From NCBI GenBank assembly GCA_964016885.1, contig OZ024741.1, positions 214,582,001-214,646,000 of the forward strand: DNA of 64,000 nt, given 5' to 3'. Position numbers and translations under genes: made by a program. A model generated the notes under the pieces. That model was not told where the DNA came from. It worked only from the letters and a program-made list of their open reading frames with translations, and did not search any database. Below, one piece after another: positions 1 through 12,746 of this stretch (the first letter of the stretch is position 1; the number at the start of each line of letters is the position of its first letter). The DNA is from Eledone cirrhosa. Its lineage: Eukaryota.

Positions 1-241
1 TCGACGTTTATAGGCATTTTTAAGGATCACGCCCAATATTCGACGTTTCTTACATTTCGTGGGTGCTCCAGGAACATATATACACAACATATATAAACAA
101 GACATATCTGAATACCCTTCGAATCGAATGCAGAGTCGGGTTCAATCTGTAACAGATCCTACCTCGAGCTGATCGACGAGAAACATATGTAATATTGTAT
201 GTTAACAAATTGTGATTTGATACAATACTGATTGCTCGTTC

Positions 242-377
<136 letters not shown>

Positions 378-428
378 GAACGAGCAATCAGTATTGTATC
401 AAATCACATATATATATATATATATAAA

Positions 429-517
<89 letters not shown>

Positions 518-620
518 TCAGGTTATCAATAATGTAGTCATAATATATCGTTACGTTAGAGATGAACATCGTACGTGCAGGTTTGCTCAACGAGTATAAA
601 TTATATTCCGGAGAAAATGT

Positions 621-914
621 AGAAAGGATGAATATAAAATGAAAGTGCTTTTTTTAAAAAAGGAATTTATTAGGTATTGACATATGTTTCTGTAACAGAC
701 TGAATACCTATGTATCGCTGCTTGCGTAATCATATAATGTTAGCAAGTATTCTGAAGAAGTGACAACTGATTATACATTTGCTATCGAATACTTGCTAAC
801 ATTATATGATTACGCAAGCAGCGATACATAGGTATTCAGTCTGTTACAGAAACATATGTCAATACCTAATAAATTCCTTTTTTAAAAAAAGCACTTTCAT
901 TTTATATTCATCCT

Positions 915-920
<6 letters not shown>
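621..920. repeat. ~130-bp inverted repeat (fold-back) insert flanked by (TA)n
   Basis: 621-752 is the reverse complement of ~787-918, with a ~34-nt spacer. Confidence 0.95.
747..865 (+). ncRNA. Type I hammerhead ribozyme with extended helix II
   Basis: gtatt-CTGAAGA(752-758)-long helix II (gtgacaactga...tcagtctgttac)-GAAAC-atat-GTC(858-860)-aatac; helix I gtatt/aatac; palindromic helix III CATATG. Confidence 0.75.
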
Positions 921-1004
<84 letters not shown>

Positions 1005-1024
1005 ATATATATATATACTAATAA

Positions 1025-1255
1025 TAATAAATTTGATGACTAAAATCCAAAGAGGGCTCGATAAGGATAAATATATATCAAATATATAAGAACCCTAGAG
1101 CAAATATTTATTAACATAATAGATTAAAGTTTAAGCAATGAATGGCTGCTTTCACCATTAACGGGATCTTCTCAAACTCAATTTCAGCAGATCCCGTTAA
1201 GGGTGAAAGCACCGATTCTTTGGTTAAACTTTAATCTGCTATTTTAATATAAATA
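1025..1255. mobile_element. Fold-back fragment of a PLE 3' terminus
   Basis: Inverted arms ~1100-1169/1189-1255; 1025-1157 is the reverse complement of 22895-23032, the 3' end of the PLE at 20.3-23.0 kb. Confidence 0.75.
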
Positions 1256-1258
1256 CAT

Positions 1259-1313
<55 letters not shown>

Positions 1314-1317
<4 letters not shown>

Positions 1318-1380
1318 GGGTAAAATTCCCGAGATCCATGGACGAGTTCTCTCAAGCGGTTTCTGTCCCTCATTATCGCT
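1314..1380 (-). mobile_element. 3' end fragment of RTE-clade LINE
   Basis: Matches the reverse complement of 27722-27790 and 45691-45759. Confidence 0.75.
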
Positions 1381-1382
1381 AA

Positions 1383-1571
1383 GGGCGGTGAATTGGCAGT
1401 ATCAGTAGAGGGTCGGACACCATGCTTTCCAGCACAGTTACGTCCCTTTATGGACTGAGTTCAAATCCCGCCGAGGTTAACTTTGCCTTTCATCCTTACG
1501 GGGTCGATAAAATAAAGTACCAGTAATACACTGGTTTAATTGCTGGCCTTGTGCCAAATGTAGAAACAATT
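1383..1571 (+). mobile_element. tRNA-derived SINE (octopus-type, Meta-like central domain)
   Basis: B box gagttcaaatccc; gcctttcatccttacggggtcgataaaataaagtaccagt domain; nine copies in the window. Confidence 0.85.
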
Positions 1572-1578
1572 ATCGCTA

Positions 1579-1665
<87 letters not shown>

Positions 1666-1843
1666 TGTGTATGCATGTGTAGATGTATGTATATATTTCT
1701 GTTTGTATGTAGAAGTATGACTATAATTGTGTGTGCGTGTTCGAGTTTGTGTTCATGTGTGTCCTTGTATGCATACGGTTATGTGTGTATGCGTGTGTTT
1801 GTGTGTGTGTGTGTGTGTGCGTGTTTATGAGAGCATGTATATG

Positions 1844-1888
<45 letters not shown>

Positions 1889-2364
1889 TATATATTTATA
1901 TGTATGCAGATGTATATATTATATCATAATTGTGTGTGCCTGTTCGTGTGTGTGTTCATTTCTGTATCCTTGCATGCATATGATTATGTGTGCATATGTG
2001 TGTGCATGTGTATGTGTGTGTGTGTGTGCGCGTGTGTGTGTGTGTATTTGTGTGTGTGTGTGCGTGCGTGCGTGTTTGTATGTGTGCGTGTGTGTATGTG
2101 TCTATGTGTGTATGTGTGAGTGTGTCAGCGTGCGTTTGTGCAAACAAGCGAGCGAATGAACGTCAAGGGCCATCCTTAGTAGAACCTTTGTGATTCAGGA
2201 ATTTGGCTGAAAAAGTGTCTCGCTGAAGATCACTGGAAGTATATGGTCACGACAGAATGGTTGCACTCCCTGGTCCAGTCTGAAAGTATCTGACAGTCAC
2301 GACAGAATAGTTATACTCTCTGGTCCAGTTAGTCTTTTTGATGTTCAATATTCAAATTACTAAT

Positions 2365-2605
2365 CAAACAAACAAACAAACAAAACAAACGAATAAATAA
2401 ATAAATAAATAAATAAATAAATGAATAAATAAATGAATGAATAAATAAATAAATAAATGAATGAATGAATAAATGAATGAATAAATAAATAAATAAATGA
2501 ATGAATGAATGAATAAATGAATAAATAAATAAATGAATGAATGAATGAATAAATGAATGAATGAATAAATAAATGAATGAATGAATGAATAAATAAATAA
2601 ATAAA
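2365..2605. repeat. (AAAT/AATG)n tetranucleotide microsatellite
   Basis: Direct reading. Confidence 0.95.
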
Positions 2606-2818
2606 ATTTGTCGATCGATTTTCGCCAAATCGGACCGAGGAAACAATGTTTCCGTTGGTCTTTCCAATTGCTAATACTATGTATCCGTCGCAACTCCAGG
2701 TAGAAGGAACAACGTAAAATAAAGTGTCTTGCTCAAGGAGAAAACTCATCACCCGGTCCAGGAATCGAACTGACAACCTCACGATTGGGAATCCAATTCT
2801 CTAACCACTCAGCCACAG
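2606..2818 (-). mobile_element. Second tRNA-derived SINE family
   Basis: Minus strand: A box tggctgagtggt, B box gttcgattcc, ccttgagcaagacactt domain; its 3' hairpin gaccgaggaaacaatgtttcc(g/t)ttggtc recurs at 20122-20150. Confidence 0.7.
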
Positions 2819-3193
2819 GCTTTTTTAAATAAATAAATAAATAAATGAATAAATAAATGAATAAATAAATAGATAAAATAAATAAATAAAAGTGTAGAAG
2901 TGTGTTGACAGTGAATAACTAGCTAATGTTTGCCATAGAATTCGTTACAGTTGAAGAATCTAGAATGCTGATTAATAAATATTCCTTTCTACTCCTTTTA
3001 AGATTGTAGTTTATGATGGAGAAAAACCCCTCCATAGCCTTTAACGCCTTAACGCCTTAACGCCTTGTCGCTGGTTTTTACTATCTATGGAGAGATGTTA
3101 TAGATTGAGGAGGAGAAGGAGGAGGAGGAGGAGAAGGAGGAGGAGGAGAAGAAGAAGAAGAAGGAGGAGGCGAAGAAGTATAATAATAATAAT

Positions 3194-3380
3194 AATTGTT
3201 TCTACTTTAGGCACAAGGCCAGCAATTATCCAGTGCATTACTGGTACTTTATGTAATCGACCCCGTAAGGATGAAAGGCAAAGTCAACCTCAGCGGGATT
3301 TGAACTCAGATCGTAAAGGGACGTAACTATGCTGGAAAGCATGGCGTCCGACCCTCCACCGATACTGCCATGCCACCGCC
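3194..3380 (-). mobile_element. tRNA-derived SINE copy
   Basis: Reverse complement of the 1383-1571 family. Confidence 0.85.
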
Positions 3381-3855
3381 AATAATAATAATAATAATAA
3401 TAATAATAAGAAGAAGAAGAAGAAGAAGTAGAAGAAGAGAAGAAGAAGGAGGATGACGGGAGGAGGAGAAGAAGAAGACGAAGAAGAAGAAAAAGAAGTA
3501 GGGGGGGAGAAGAAGGTAAAGAAGAAGACGAGGAAGGAGAGGAAGAAGGAGAAAAGACAGTTTATGTATGCGTTTCTTTGATTATTTATATGTGTGTATG
3601 CGTATGTGTGTGTGTGTGTATGTGTGTATGTGTATTTGTGTATGTATATGTGTGTGTGTGTATGTGTGTGTATGTGTGTATGTCAATTTGTGTATGTGTG
3701 TATGTATGTGTGTATGTGTATGTGTGTGTATGTATGTATATGTGTATGTATGTAATAAAGTTAAACCTGTGATGTAAGTCTAAACGAATGATTTTCGCTG
3801 TTTAAAATATCTAAGGCTAACAACAACACCAACAACATTAGCCTTCCAGTCTTTA

Positions 3856-4348
3856 ATTGGTGTGTGGGTGATGGTGGTGATTGGTGGGGTGTGGTGGAGG
3901 AGGGGTGGTGTTGGTGATTGGAGGGGTGTTGGGCGAGGGTGATGCGGTGGGGGTGGTAGTGGTGATGGTGCTGATTGATGCGGGTGTTGGTGGTGATGGC
4001 GATGGTGGTGGTGGTGGTGGTTTTTGGGGGCTTCTAATGGTAATAGTGGTGGTGGCCTCTGGTGGTGGTGGTGTTGTTGTTGTTGGTGGTGGTGGTGATG
4101 GTGATGGTGGTGGTGGTGGTGGTGGTGGTGGTGGTGATTGGGGGCTTCTAGTGGTGATGTTGATGGTGGTGGTGGTGGTGGTGGTGGTGGTGGTGGGTTC
4201 TGGTGGTGTTGGTGGTGATGGTGGTGGTGATTGGAAGGGTGATTGGAGGGGTATTGGTGGTGACGGTGGTGGTGGTGATTGGAGGGGTGTTGGTGGTGGT
4301 GATGGTGGTTGTGGTGGTGGTGGTGGTGATGGTGAGGGTGTTGGTGGT
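3856..4348. repeat. Degenerate (GGT)n repeat
   Basis: Direct reading; source of the Pro-rich and Gly-rich ORFs. Confidence 0.9.
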
Positions 4349-4630
4349 CCTAGTGTGAGTTTTTTTTTTTTTCGTTTGAAAGGCTTAAGTCGTGATCTGT
4401 CGGTCTGTAAAGGAAAGAAAGATTTCATTGTTCAATAGGTTTCATTCAATAAGAACAACTTATCCCTTCCTTTATACTTCATTAAGCGAGAGACATTCTC
4501 AACCGCAACGATGTCATTTCCACCAGAGATCTCAACTCTGTCCAATCGTGTGTCATCGCCATGACAGCTTTTTCTTAAAGTTTTCTCTCACTTTCATGCT
4601 GTACTCTTTCATTCTTAGTTTCACTGATGT

Positions 4631-4666
<36 letters not shown>

Positions 4667-4824
4667 TATATATATGTATGTATATATATATGTATATAGA
4701 TATATATATATATATATTTAAAGACATACACAGACACACTCACACATACATACACATTCACACACGTATATATACATATAAATGTATATATATGTATATA
4801 TATATATATTTATACACATATATA

Positions 4825-4946
<122 letters not shown>

Positions 4947-5355
4947 GTATACATACACGTGAAAAGCAAAGGTTCGGATCACTGGACTTCACACACACAC
5001 ACTCACACACACACACACACACACACATACACACACACACATATATATATGTGTGTGTATACATATATACATATTTCTTTCTATCCATTTTACTTTCTCG
5101 TTTTGTTTTTTCCCCTTTAATTTCTATAGTTTATTTACCTAGCAAAATCAACATGGATTCCTTGTCATGTCGATTTACCATTTACTAGCAACACAATTGA
5201 ATTGGAAATATAAATGAGGAATTCACTGTCTGTCAGACTGGTTGCCTGCATGTCTAGCTCTCTGTCTGTCTAGTCCTATGTCTGTCTCCTTGTCGTTCTA
5301 TCTCTCTGATTGTCTGGCTGCCAGCAATTGTTTCTTTGATTCCCTTTCAACTATA

Positions 5356-5524
<169 letters not shown>

Positions 5525-5548
5525 ACACACACGCACATACACACACAT

Positions 5549-5583
<35 letters not shown>

Positions 5584-5659
5584 GATAGATAGATATGCAT
5601 ATATGTGTGTATGTGTTTGTGTATGTATATATACACAAGCATACAGACGTATATATGTG

Positions 5660-5750
<91 letters not shown>

Positions 5751-5757
5751 GTATATA

Positions 5758-5892
<135 letters not shown>

Positions 5893-6011
5893 TATATATA
5901 TAAATATAGTTTCCATTTATTAATATCGTATATATATATATATATATATATATATCGTGGGAGTGCGAGAGAGAGAGAGAGAGAGTGAGAGAGGGAGAGA
6001 GAGATAGAGGG

Positions 6012-6140
<129 letters not shown>

Positions 6141-6562
6141 TAGAGGGAGGGATATATATATATATATAGAGAGAGAGAGCGAGAGAGAGAGATCGGGAGC
6201 AGCCATGAATGAAACGTCACTCAGTGTGATTCATAATGCGGAATAACGTGGCTCATTAAGGGGAGATGACTCGTCGCATAGAGAAGAACAAAGCTAGTTC
6301 CGCTCTGCTCCGGATTACACGGAGATGAACATACCTACTCCAGTATGATGGGAAATTTACTTTTGTCATTTGTATTTTTGTTTTTGTTATTTTCTTTTTT
6401 AAATATTTGGCTGGGTGGTAGTCGGGTACCAGTGCTGAGGTAGCGGGGTGGAAGTGAGCTGATTGATGTACAACACAAACGAGTGAGTAACTTGGGAACA
6501 GGAGAAGAAGGAGTTATATATATATATATAGAGATAGATAGATAGACATATAGATAGATATG

Positions 6563-8447
6563 TTACTTTATTAGCCACAGGGGCACAAAAGAAGGGGACA
6601 AATACAAAGGGGAAAGTTTACATACAATAAAAACGTGTAAAATATTATCACAAATGCAATTGAAAAGTTAATCGATTTTCCCCAATAGGGGGAGACATTT
6701 CATATGGGTAACACATACCCCCGAAAAAATGTGCAACACTCATCTCCAGGAGTACGAAGAGTTTGTACCCATTTTCTCTCTTCCTCCCTTTCCTCAACCT
6801 ACAGGCTGATATAGAGAGAAGGCCCATTCACTCGGGCCATTCTCGCCACTTTCATAAAATTTTCTGGGGTACAGCTCCTCTCTCTCCATCCTGATTCTTC
6901 TTCCAAAGTGGTATTTGAAAAAAGAATCGGTTGTTGGCTGGAGAGAAAGGTGTCTGTCCTCAGCCCTTTTAACCTCGTCCACCATACAACCTCTTTCGCC
7001 ATAGCTATCACACACAGGAAAACCGCCTCTCCTTCGTTTTTGAAGGAGGGTGGCGGTTTGATCATGACGATGGACTCGGTGGTCAACCGGATTGGTCCCA
7101 CCCGCGACAATAGTCGTTCTACATATCCCCACAGGTCGGTAACGCCCGGGCAGTGTATGAATGCGTGAGCGACGGTTTCTTCGTCTCGCACGCATCTCGA
7201 ACAGATCTTTTTCGAAGGGTCCCTGCCCGGGCGCCCATGTCTGTAGAGCTTGTCTCGAACTGGTATAGCTCCTCGGTAGTACTGCCAGGCCAGGAACTTT
7301 TGGAAGTTGTCCATCGATCCGAGGCGGAAGGTCCTACCGATCAGACTGGCCGTCTTCCTCTTCGCCTAGAGCTTCTCCGAGCGCGTCGTCGCACTTGCTG
7401 CGGACCAACCCTCTATAGAATGACGAAGTGGAGTCTCCACTGATCGCCGGGTCCGCCTGCCAGAGGGCTGTTCGCGCCTGAGCACATTCAATGGGCCAGT
7501 CGCCCATTTTCTTCGGTCTTTGCTTGACCCAGGACTGCAGCTCGGACAGCGAGACGAGTCGTGGGAAGGCTTGTCTTACGAACGGGGCCCACACCGGTTG
7601 TCTGGTGAGTAATACGTAGAGATGCCGCAGCCTGAGCGCCTGTTTGCGCATCGTCAGCCACGGCATCCCCAGCCCTCCGTTAGAAGGGTGTTGGCAGCAG
7701 ATGGATCTTCTCACCAAAGGAGCCCGCTTCTTCCAAAGGAATTGGAAGAGCGGACCCTCTATTTTGGTGAGCGTTTTGGCTGGACAAGGCACGACGGTCA
7801 AGCGGTAATAGATGACAGACGCTATAAAAGTGTTCGCCACCTCCGCTCGACCTCTCAAGGATAGTTTGCACTCGGCCCACTTCTGGGTGAGTGCAAACAC
7901 CTTGGTCGTCACTTCGTTCCAGTTCTTCTCCACCTGGAGGTCCGGACCAAACCAGACCCCGAGCAGTTTTACCGGTCCTTCCGTCCAGCGTCCGCCGACG
8001 CCATCGGAAGTCATCGGTTTGCCTCTCCATGATCCGAGTTGCAAACCGATGGACTTGTCCCGTTTCAGCTTCGCTCCTGTGAACCTTTCGTATTCCTTCA
8101 GTAAGGTGCCAACTTCCTCGATTTGCGAGGTGCTCGACACCATTACTGTAATATCGTCGGCGTAGGCCGGTGCCGCTTTCAGCAGTCCCGGTACCAGAGG
8201 GATGCCCTGCAACACCTCCAACTTCCGCAGTAGTTGCTCGAGAGTCAGTACGTACAGAAGATAGGAGAGAGGGCATCCCTATCGAATGGATCGTGTGATA
8301 TTGAACGGCTCTGAGAGGTAGCCCTTCACCTTGACCATTGAGCAGATATTGCTGTTGTGCATTGCAGTAATCCAGCCCCTAAACACGGGTCCGAAGCCTG
8401 CCGCATCCAGGTAACGATCCAGGTAACGATGGTCAACCCTATCGAAA
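6563..8447 (-). mobile_element. 5'-truncated L1/Tx1-clade LINE (RT C-half plus zf-RVT), frameshifted
   Basis: Peptides RQGCP-like, AYADD, GGLGMP and CSRC...ETVAHAFIHC; AATAAA followed by a (TATC)n tail. Confidence 0.9.
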
Positions 8448-8480
8448 GATATAGATAGATAGACAGATAGATAGATAGAC

Positions 8481-8539
<59 letters not shown>

Positions 8540-8560
8540 CAGATAGATAGATAGATAGAT
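8448..8560. repeat. (GATA)n tract; tail of the upstream LINE and insertion site of the downstream copy
   Basis: Direct reading. Confidence 0.95.
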
Positions 8561-11500
8561 TTCTTTATTAGCCACAATGGCGCACAAGAAAAGAGGAGAA
8601 AACAAAGATATGCCGGGGATTTTACATACAATCGTGTAAAAATATTGAAACAAACAATAACAATTGAAATCCCCAACAGGAGGGAGGCCCCACAAATGGG
8701 TTGTTTAATACCCCGTCGATAGAACAACACTCAACTTCAGGAGCGTGTTGTGCAAGTGCTCCTTTCTTTCTTTTGCCCTCTTCTTCAACCTACAGGTTTA
8801 TATACAGAGAAGGCCCAATCACTCGGGACATTTTTACCACATTCACCCACCTTTCAGTAAATTTACTGGGGTACAGTGCCTCTCCCTCCCTCTGGGTTAC
8901 TGTGATTCTCCTTCTAAAGTGGTATCTAAAGAAAGAAATGAGTTGTTGTCCGGAGGGAAAGGCATCTGTCCTCAGTCCTCTCAAACTCGTCCACCATATA
9001 ACCTCTTTCACCATAGCCACTATACAGAGGAAAACCGACTCTCTTTCGTTTTTGTAAGAAGTTGGCGGTTTGATCCTTACTATGGACTCGCTAGTCAACT
9101 GGATTTGTCCCATACGCGACAGCAGTTGTTCCGCGTAGTTCCACAGGTCGATTACGCCCGGGCAGTGTACAATTGCGTGCAGGACGGTTTCAATGTCATG
9201 CTCGCATCTTGGACATATGCTCTTGGAAGGATACCTGCCGGGGCACCCGTGCCTGTAGATCTGGTAGAGCTCCTCGGTAGCTCTGCCAGGCCAGGGACCT
9301 CTGGAAGTTGTACATAGGTCCCGGGCGGAAAGTCCTACCCAACAGACTGGTGAGTTCATCGTCTTCGACGCCTAGAGTCTCTCCGCGCACGTCGTCGCCC
9401 TTGTGACATACTAACCCTCTATAGAATGTCGAAGTGGAGTCTCCACTGATTGCAGTGCCCGCTTGACAGAAGACTGTGAGCGCTTGAGCGCATTCAATGT
9501 GCCAGGCCCCCATCTTCTTCGTTCTTCGCTTGACCCAAGACTCCAGCTTCGTCAGGAGACAAGTTGCGGGAAGGCCTATCTCACAAATGGTGCCCACACC
9601 GGTTGGGGGTCGGTGAGGAATACCTGTAGATGCCGTAGCCTCAGCGCATGTTTGCGCATCATCAGCCACGGCAATCCCAGCCCTCTGTTGGAAGAGTACT
9701 GATAGCAGACGGATTTCCTCACCAGTGGAGCCTGCTTCTTCCAAAGGAACTGGAAGAGCATGCGTTCCATCTTGGTGAGGTGTTCACGGGAATAAGGCAC
9801 GACGGTCAAGCGGTAGTAGATGACGGACGCTATGAAAGTGTTCGCCACCTCCGCTCGACCTTTCAAGGACAGTTTGCACTCTGCCCACTTCTGGATGAGC
9901 GGAAATACCTTGGCCGTAACCTCGTTCCAGTTTTTTCTCCACCTGGAGGTCCGGACCGAACCAGACCCCGAGCAATTTCACCGGTCCGTCCGCCCAGCGT
10001 CCGACGACACTGTCGGACGACATCGGTTTGCCTCTCCACGTTCCGAGTGGCAAACCGACACTCTTGTCCGGGTTCAGTTTAGCTACTGTGATCCTTTCGT
10101 ATTCCTGCAGTAAGTTGCCGATCACCCAGATTTCGGAGGCTACCGATATCATTACCGTCACGTCGTCGGCATAAGCCGACGCCGCTTTCCGCAGTCCCCG
10201 TTCCAACGGAATACTCTGCAGCAGCTCCAACTTCCGAAGCAGTGGCTCTAGAGTCAGTACGTACAGAATGGAGGAGAGAGGGCATCCCTGTCGGATGGAA
10301 CGCATGATTGCGAACGGCTCCGATAGGTAGCCGTTCACCTTGACCATCGAGCAGATGTTGGTGTGCATTGCGGCGATCCAGCTTCTGAAGACGGGTTAGA
10401 ATCCGGCCGCCTTGAGAACCGCTTCCAAGTATCGATGGTCGACCCTATCGAACGCTTTAGACTGATCTAAATTGATCAGAGCCCCACCAAAGCCGGGTTT
10501 ACACCCCACCTTCTCTATGATGTATCGCATGAGGTGGAGGTTGTCGTGTATGGACCTGGTCGGGATTGCACACGTTTGCGCTTTCCCTACTAGGTTCTCG
10601 ACGACAAGCGCCAACTTCGTTGCCAACACCTTGGCCAAAATCTTTAACTCTGTGTTGAGCACAGTTATGGGCCTAAAGTTGCTTAGTTCGTCCCCCTTGT
10701 TCTCATCTTTCCTGATCAGCGTTACTACGCCCCTGCCTGCAGAACTGGGAATTCTCCGGTTCTGCTGACAGTTGCAGTAGACGGCCTCGAGGCCGCCAGA
10801 GAACAAGTCCGGCATGCCTATGTAAAACTCATAGTGTAGACCATCTAGACCTGGTGATTTGCGTTTCCCACAACGGCCCAGAGCATCCCGTATCTCTGTT
10901 GCTGTGATCTGTCCTTCGCAGAACTCGGCGCCCATGCTCGAGAGACGCGGAAGGCCGTCGAGGTATGAACCGAAGTCCATTGCCCCGTTCGACGCACCAC
11001 CAGTCTGCTCGAACAGTTGCACAAAGTACCGCTGAAAGGCTGCGCACATCCGCTTGGGGTCAAGTAGCACGCGTCCGTTTTGGTCTTTCATAGACCGAAT
11101 CGTGAACTTGTTGCCACTTTTCGCCTCTGCCACTCGGGCCCAGCTAACAGCTTTGGCCCTCTCGTTTCCTAGAGCACGTGATTTACTTCTGACCACGCAG
11201 CCTTCTAAGGCTAACTCTCTGCTAAATCTATCGACTCTACTCTAATTGCTTTCTTGAGGGAGTACCACCATCTGTTGTTGATGATAGCTCCGGTCAGTTG
11301 TTGCGTAACTAATCTACTTATCCGTTCACTGTAGGCTTTACGTGTCGGTAGCGACACGTTCAGCTTCCAGTATCCGGGTCCTTGTCTATGTATTCTATCA
11401 CGGTTGACTATGCAGATGACTAGTTTGTGGTCTGAATAGGCAACCATGTGCATTTGTGGACAGCTTAGCCTCTTCTTGTCTCTATCTCTAATAAAGAACC

Positions 11501-11607
11501 TGTCTAAATACGATCTTGATGTCCCGCTGCGGTTGGTCCACGTCCACTGTGGTGCAGTCGCGAAATCTAGTCGATACCTATCGGCCAGTTGGAATTGGCC
11601 GATTAAA
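8561..11607 (-). mobile_element. L1/Tx1-clade LINE ORF2 (partial APE endonuclease, RT, zf-RVT), degenerate
   Basis: SDHK (APE), GPGYWKLN, KSPGLDGL, NFRPIT, DQSKAFDRV, RQGCPLS, AYADD, CPRC...HC. Confidence 0.93.
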
Positions 11608-11619
11608 TTTTTTTCTGTT

Positions 11620-12430
11620 TGTTTTGGTGTGTTTGCTTGTTTCGTGTGTTGTTGTTGTGGTGGTGGTGGTTGTTTTGCTTTGGTGTTGGTAATAGTGTTT
11701 TCTTTTGGATTGTTTTGTTTGAGCGGGTTTGTAAAGGGCAGGAGGCCTTTAGATGCGTGGTGCTATTAATGTGCTGTTCTTACTTCAACCGAAATGCTTA
11801 TGTGGCTGTTGTTGTCTACCAGCACTTTTTCGGGTAGGTTGGAGATTCTCTCTGGGCTCATTTGCACCATAATCTCTAAATTTCTACCAGACCATGTGTG
11901 TCTGGTTGACCTTTTGATGGAGAGAATGGTGTCTCCTCCCTCCTCTAAAATTCCTGCCAATATCCACCAAATGTTAATATTTGGTGGTCTGTTTGCAATT
12001 CTGATCTTCTGAGTTCTTTTTCCCAGGTATGTAGGGGAACAATGTGTATTTTTTTGACAGTATTGATGTTACTGAATATTTTTGTGCGAGGGCTTCGCTT
12101 TTGAGGAGTACCGAAATACTCCCATACTGTTTTGGCCCTCTGCATAAAGTCAATGTTTGGAAATATTTCCTTCAAGGTTGCCTCAATTTCGCCTTGACTG
12201 AGGAATGCTGGTCTTTTTGTTTCATTTTAAACAGTTCTGAAGGTAACTGTCCTTCGAAATGTTTCAAGACGAATTTCTGGGGGTGAGTTTATTTGAAACT
12301 CACCGTTTTAACCGAAAGTGATAAACTCCTTTGCTTCAGAGAGCATCTGTCTCGCATTGGATATATCGAGATCCTTGAACTCTTGTTTCTTGATGACTAT
12401 TTGGGCAAAAGTTATGTTTTTGGTGTTGTT
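11620..12430 (-). pseudogene. Probable degenerate LINE ORF1 remnant
   Basis: Broken non-repetitive reading frames directly upstream of ORF2 on the same strand; no diagnostic motif firmly recognised. Confidence 0.45.
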
Positions 12431-12690
12431 GTTATTGTTGTTGTTGTGGTTGTCGGTTTTTCCGTTTGTAGTTGTGTCAATCGTTTTATTTTCTGTTGTT
12501 GGACTTACTTTCTTATATATTGCTCTGATTGTTGATTATTTAATTAATTAATTCGTCATTGAGTCACACTGTGAATGCTTACCAAAAACACACATATATA
12601 TATGGCTCTGTCTAGTTTATGTATATGTAAATCTATATATATATACATATATATATAATTATAAAATGTGGAGAAGGAGCACACGAGTTG

Positions 12691-12740
<50 letters not shown>

Positions 12741-12746
<6 letters not shown>

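Noticed and set aside
1160-1222. Possible hammerhead in the 1025-1255 hairpin (cagcaga-tccc gttaa gggt-gaaa)
   Set aside because: Core and helix III too degenerate to call
2247-2329. Two ~33-bp direct repeats with a short spacer
   Set aside because: Only two units in a eukaryotic context; a local duplication, not CRISPR
3853-4438. Extensin-like Pro-rich and Gly-rich ORFs
   Set aside because: Simple (GGT)n repeat with no splice or domain support
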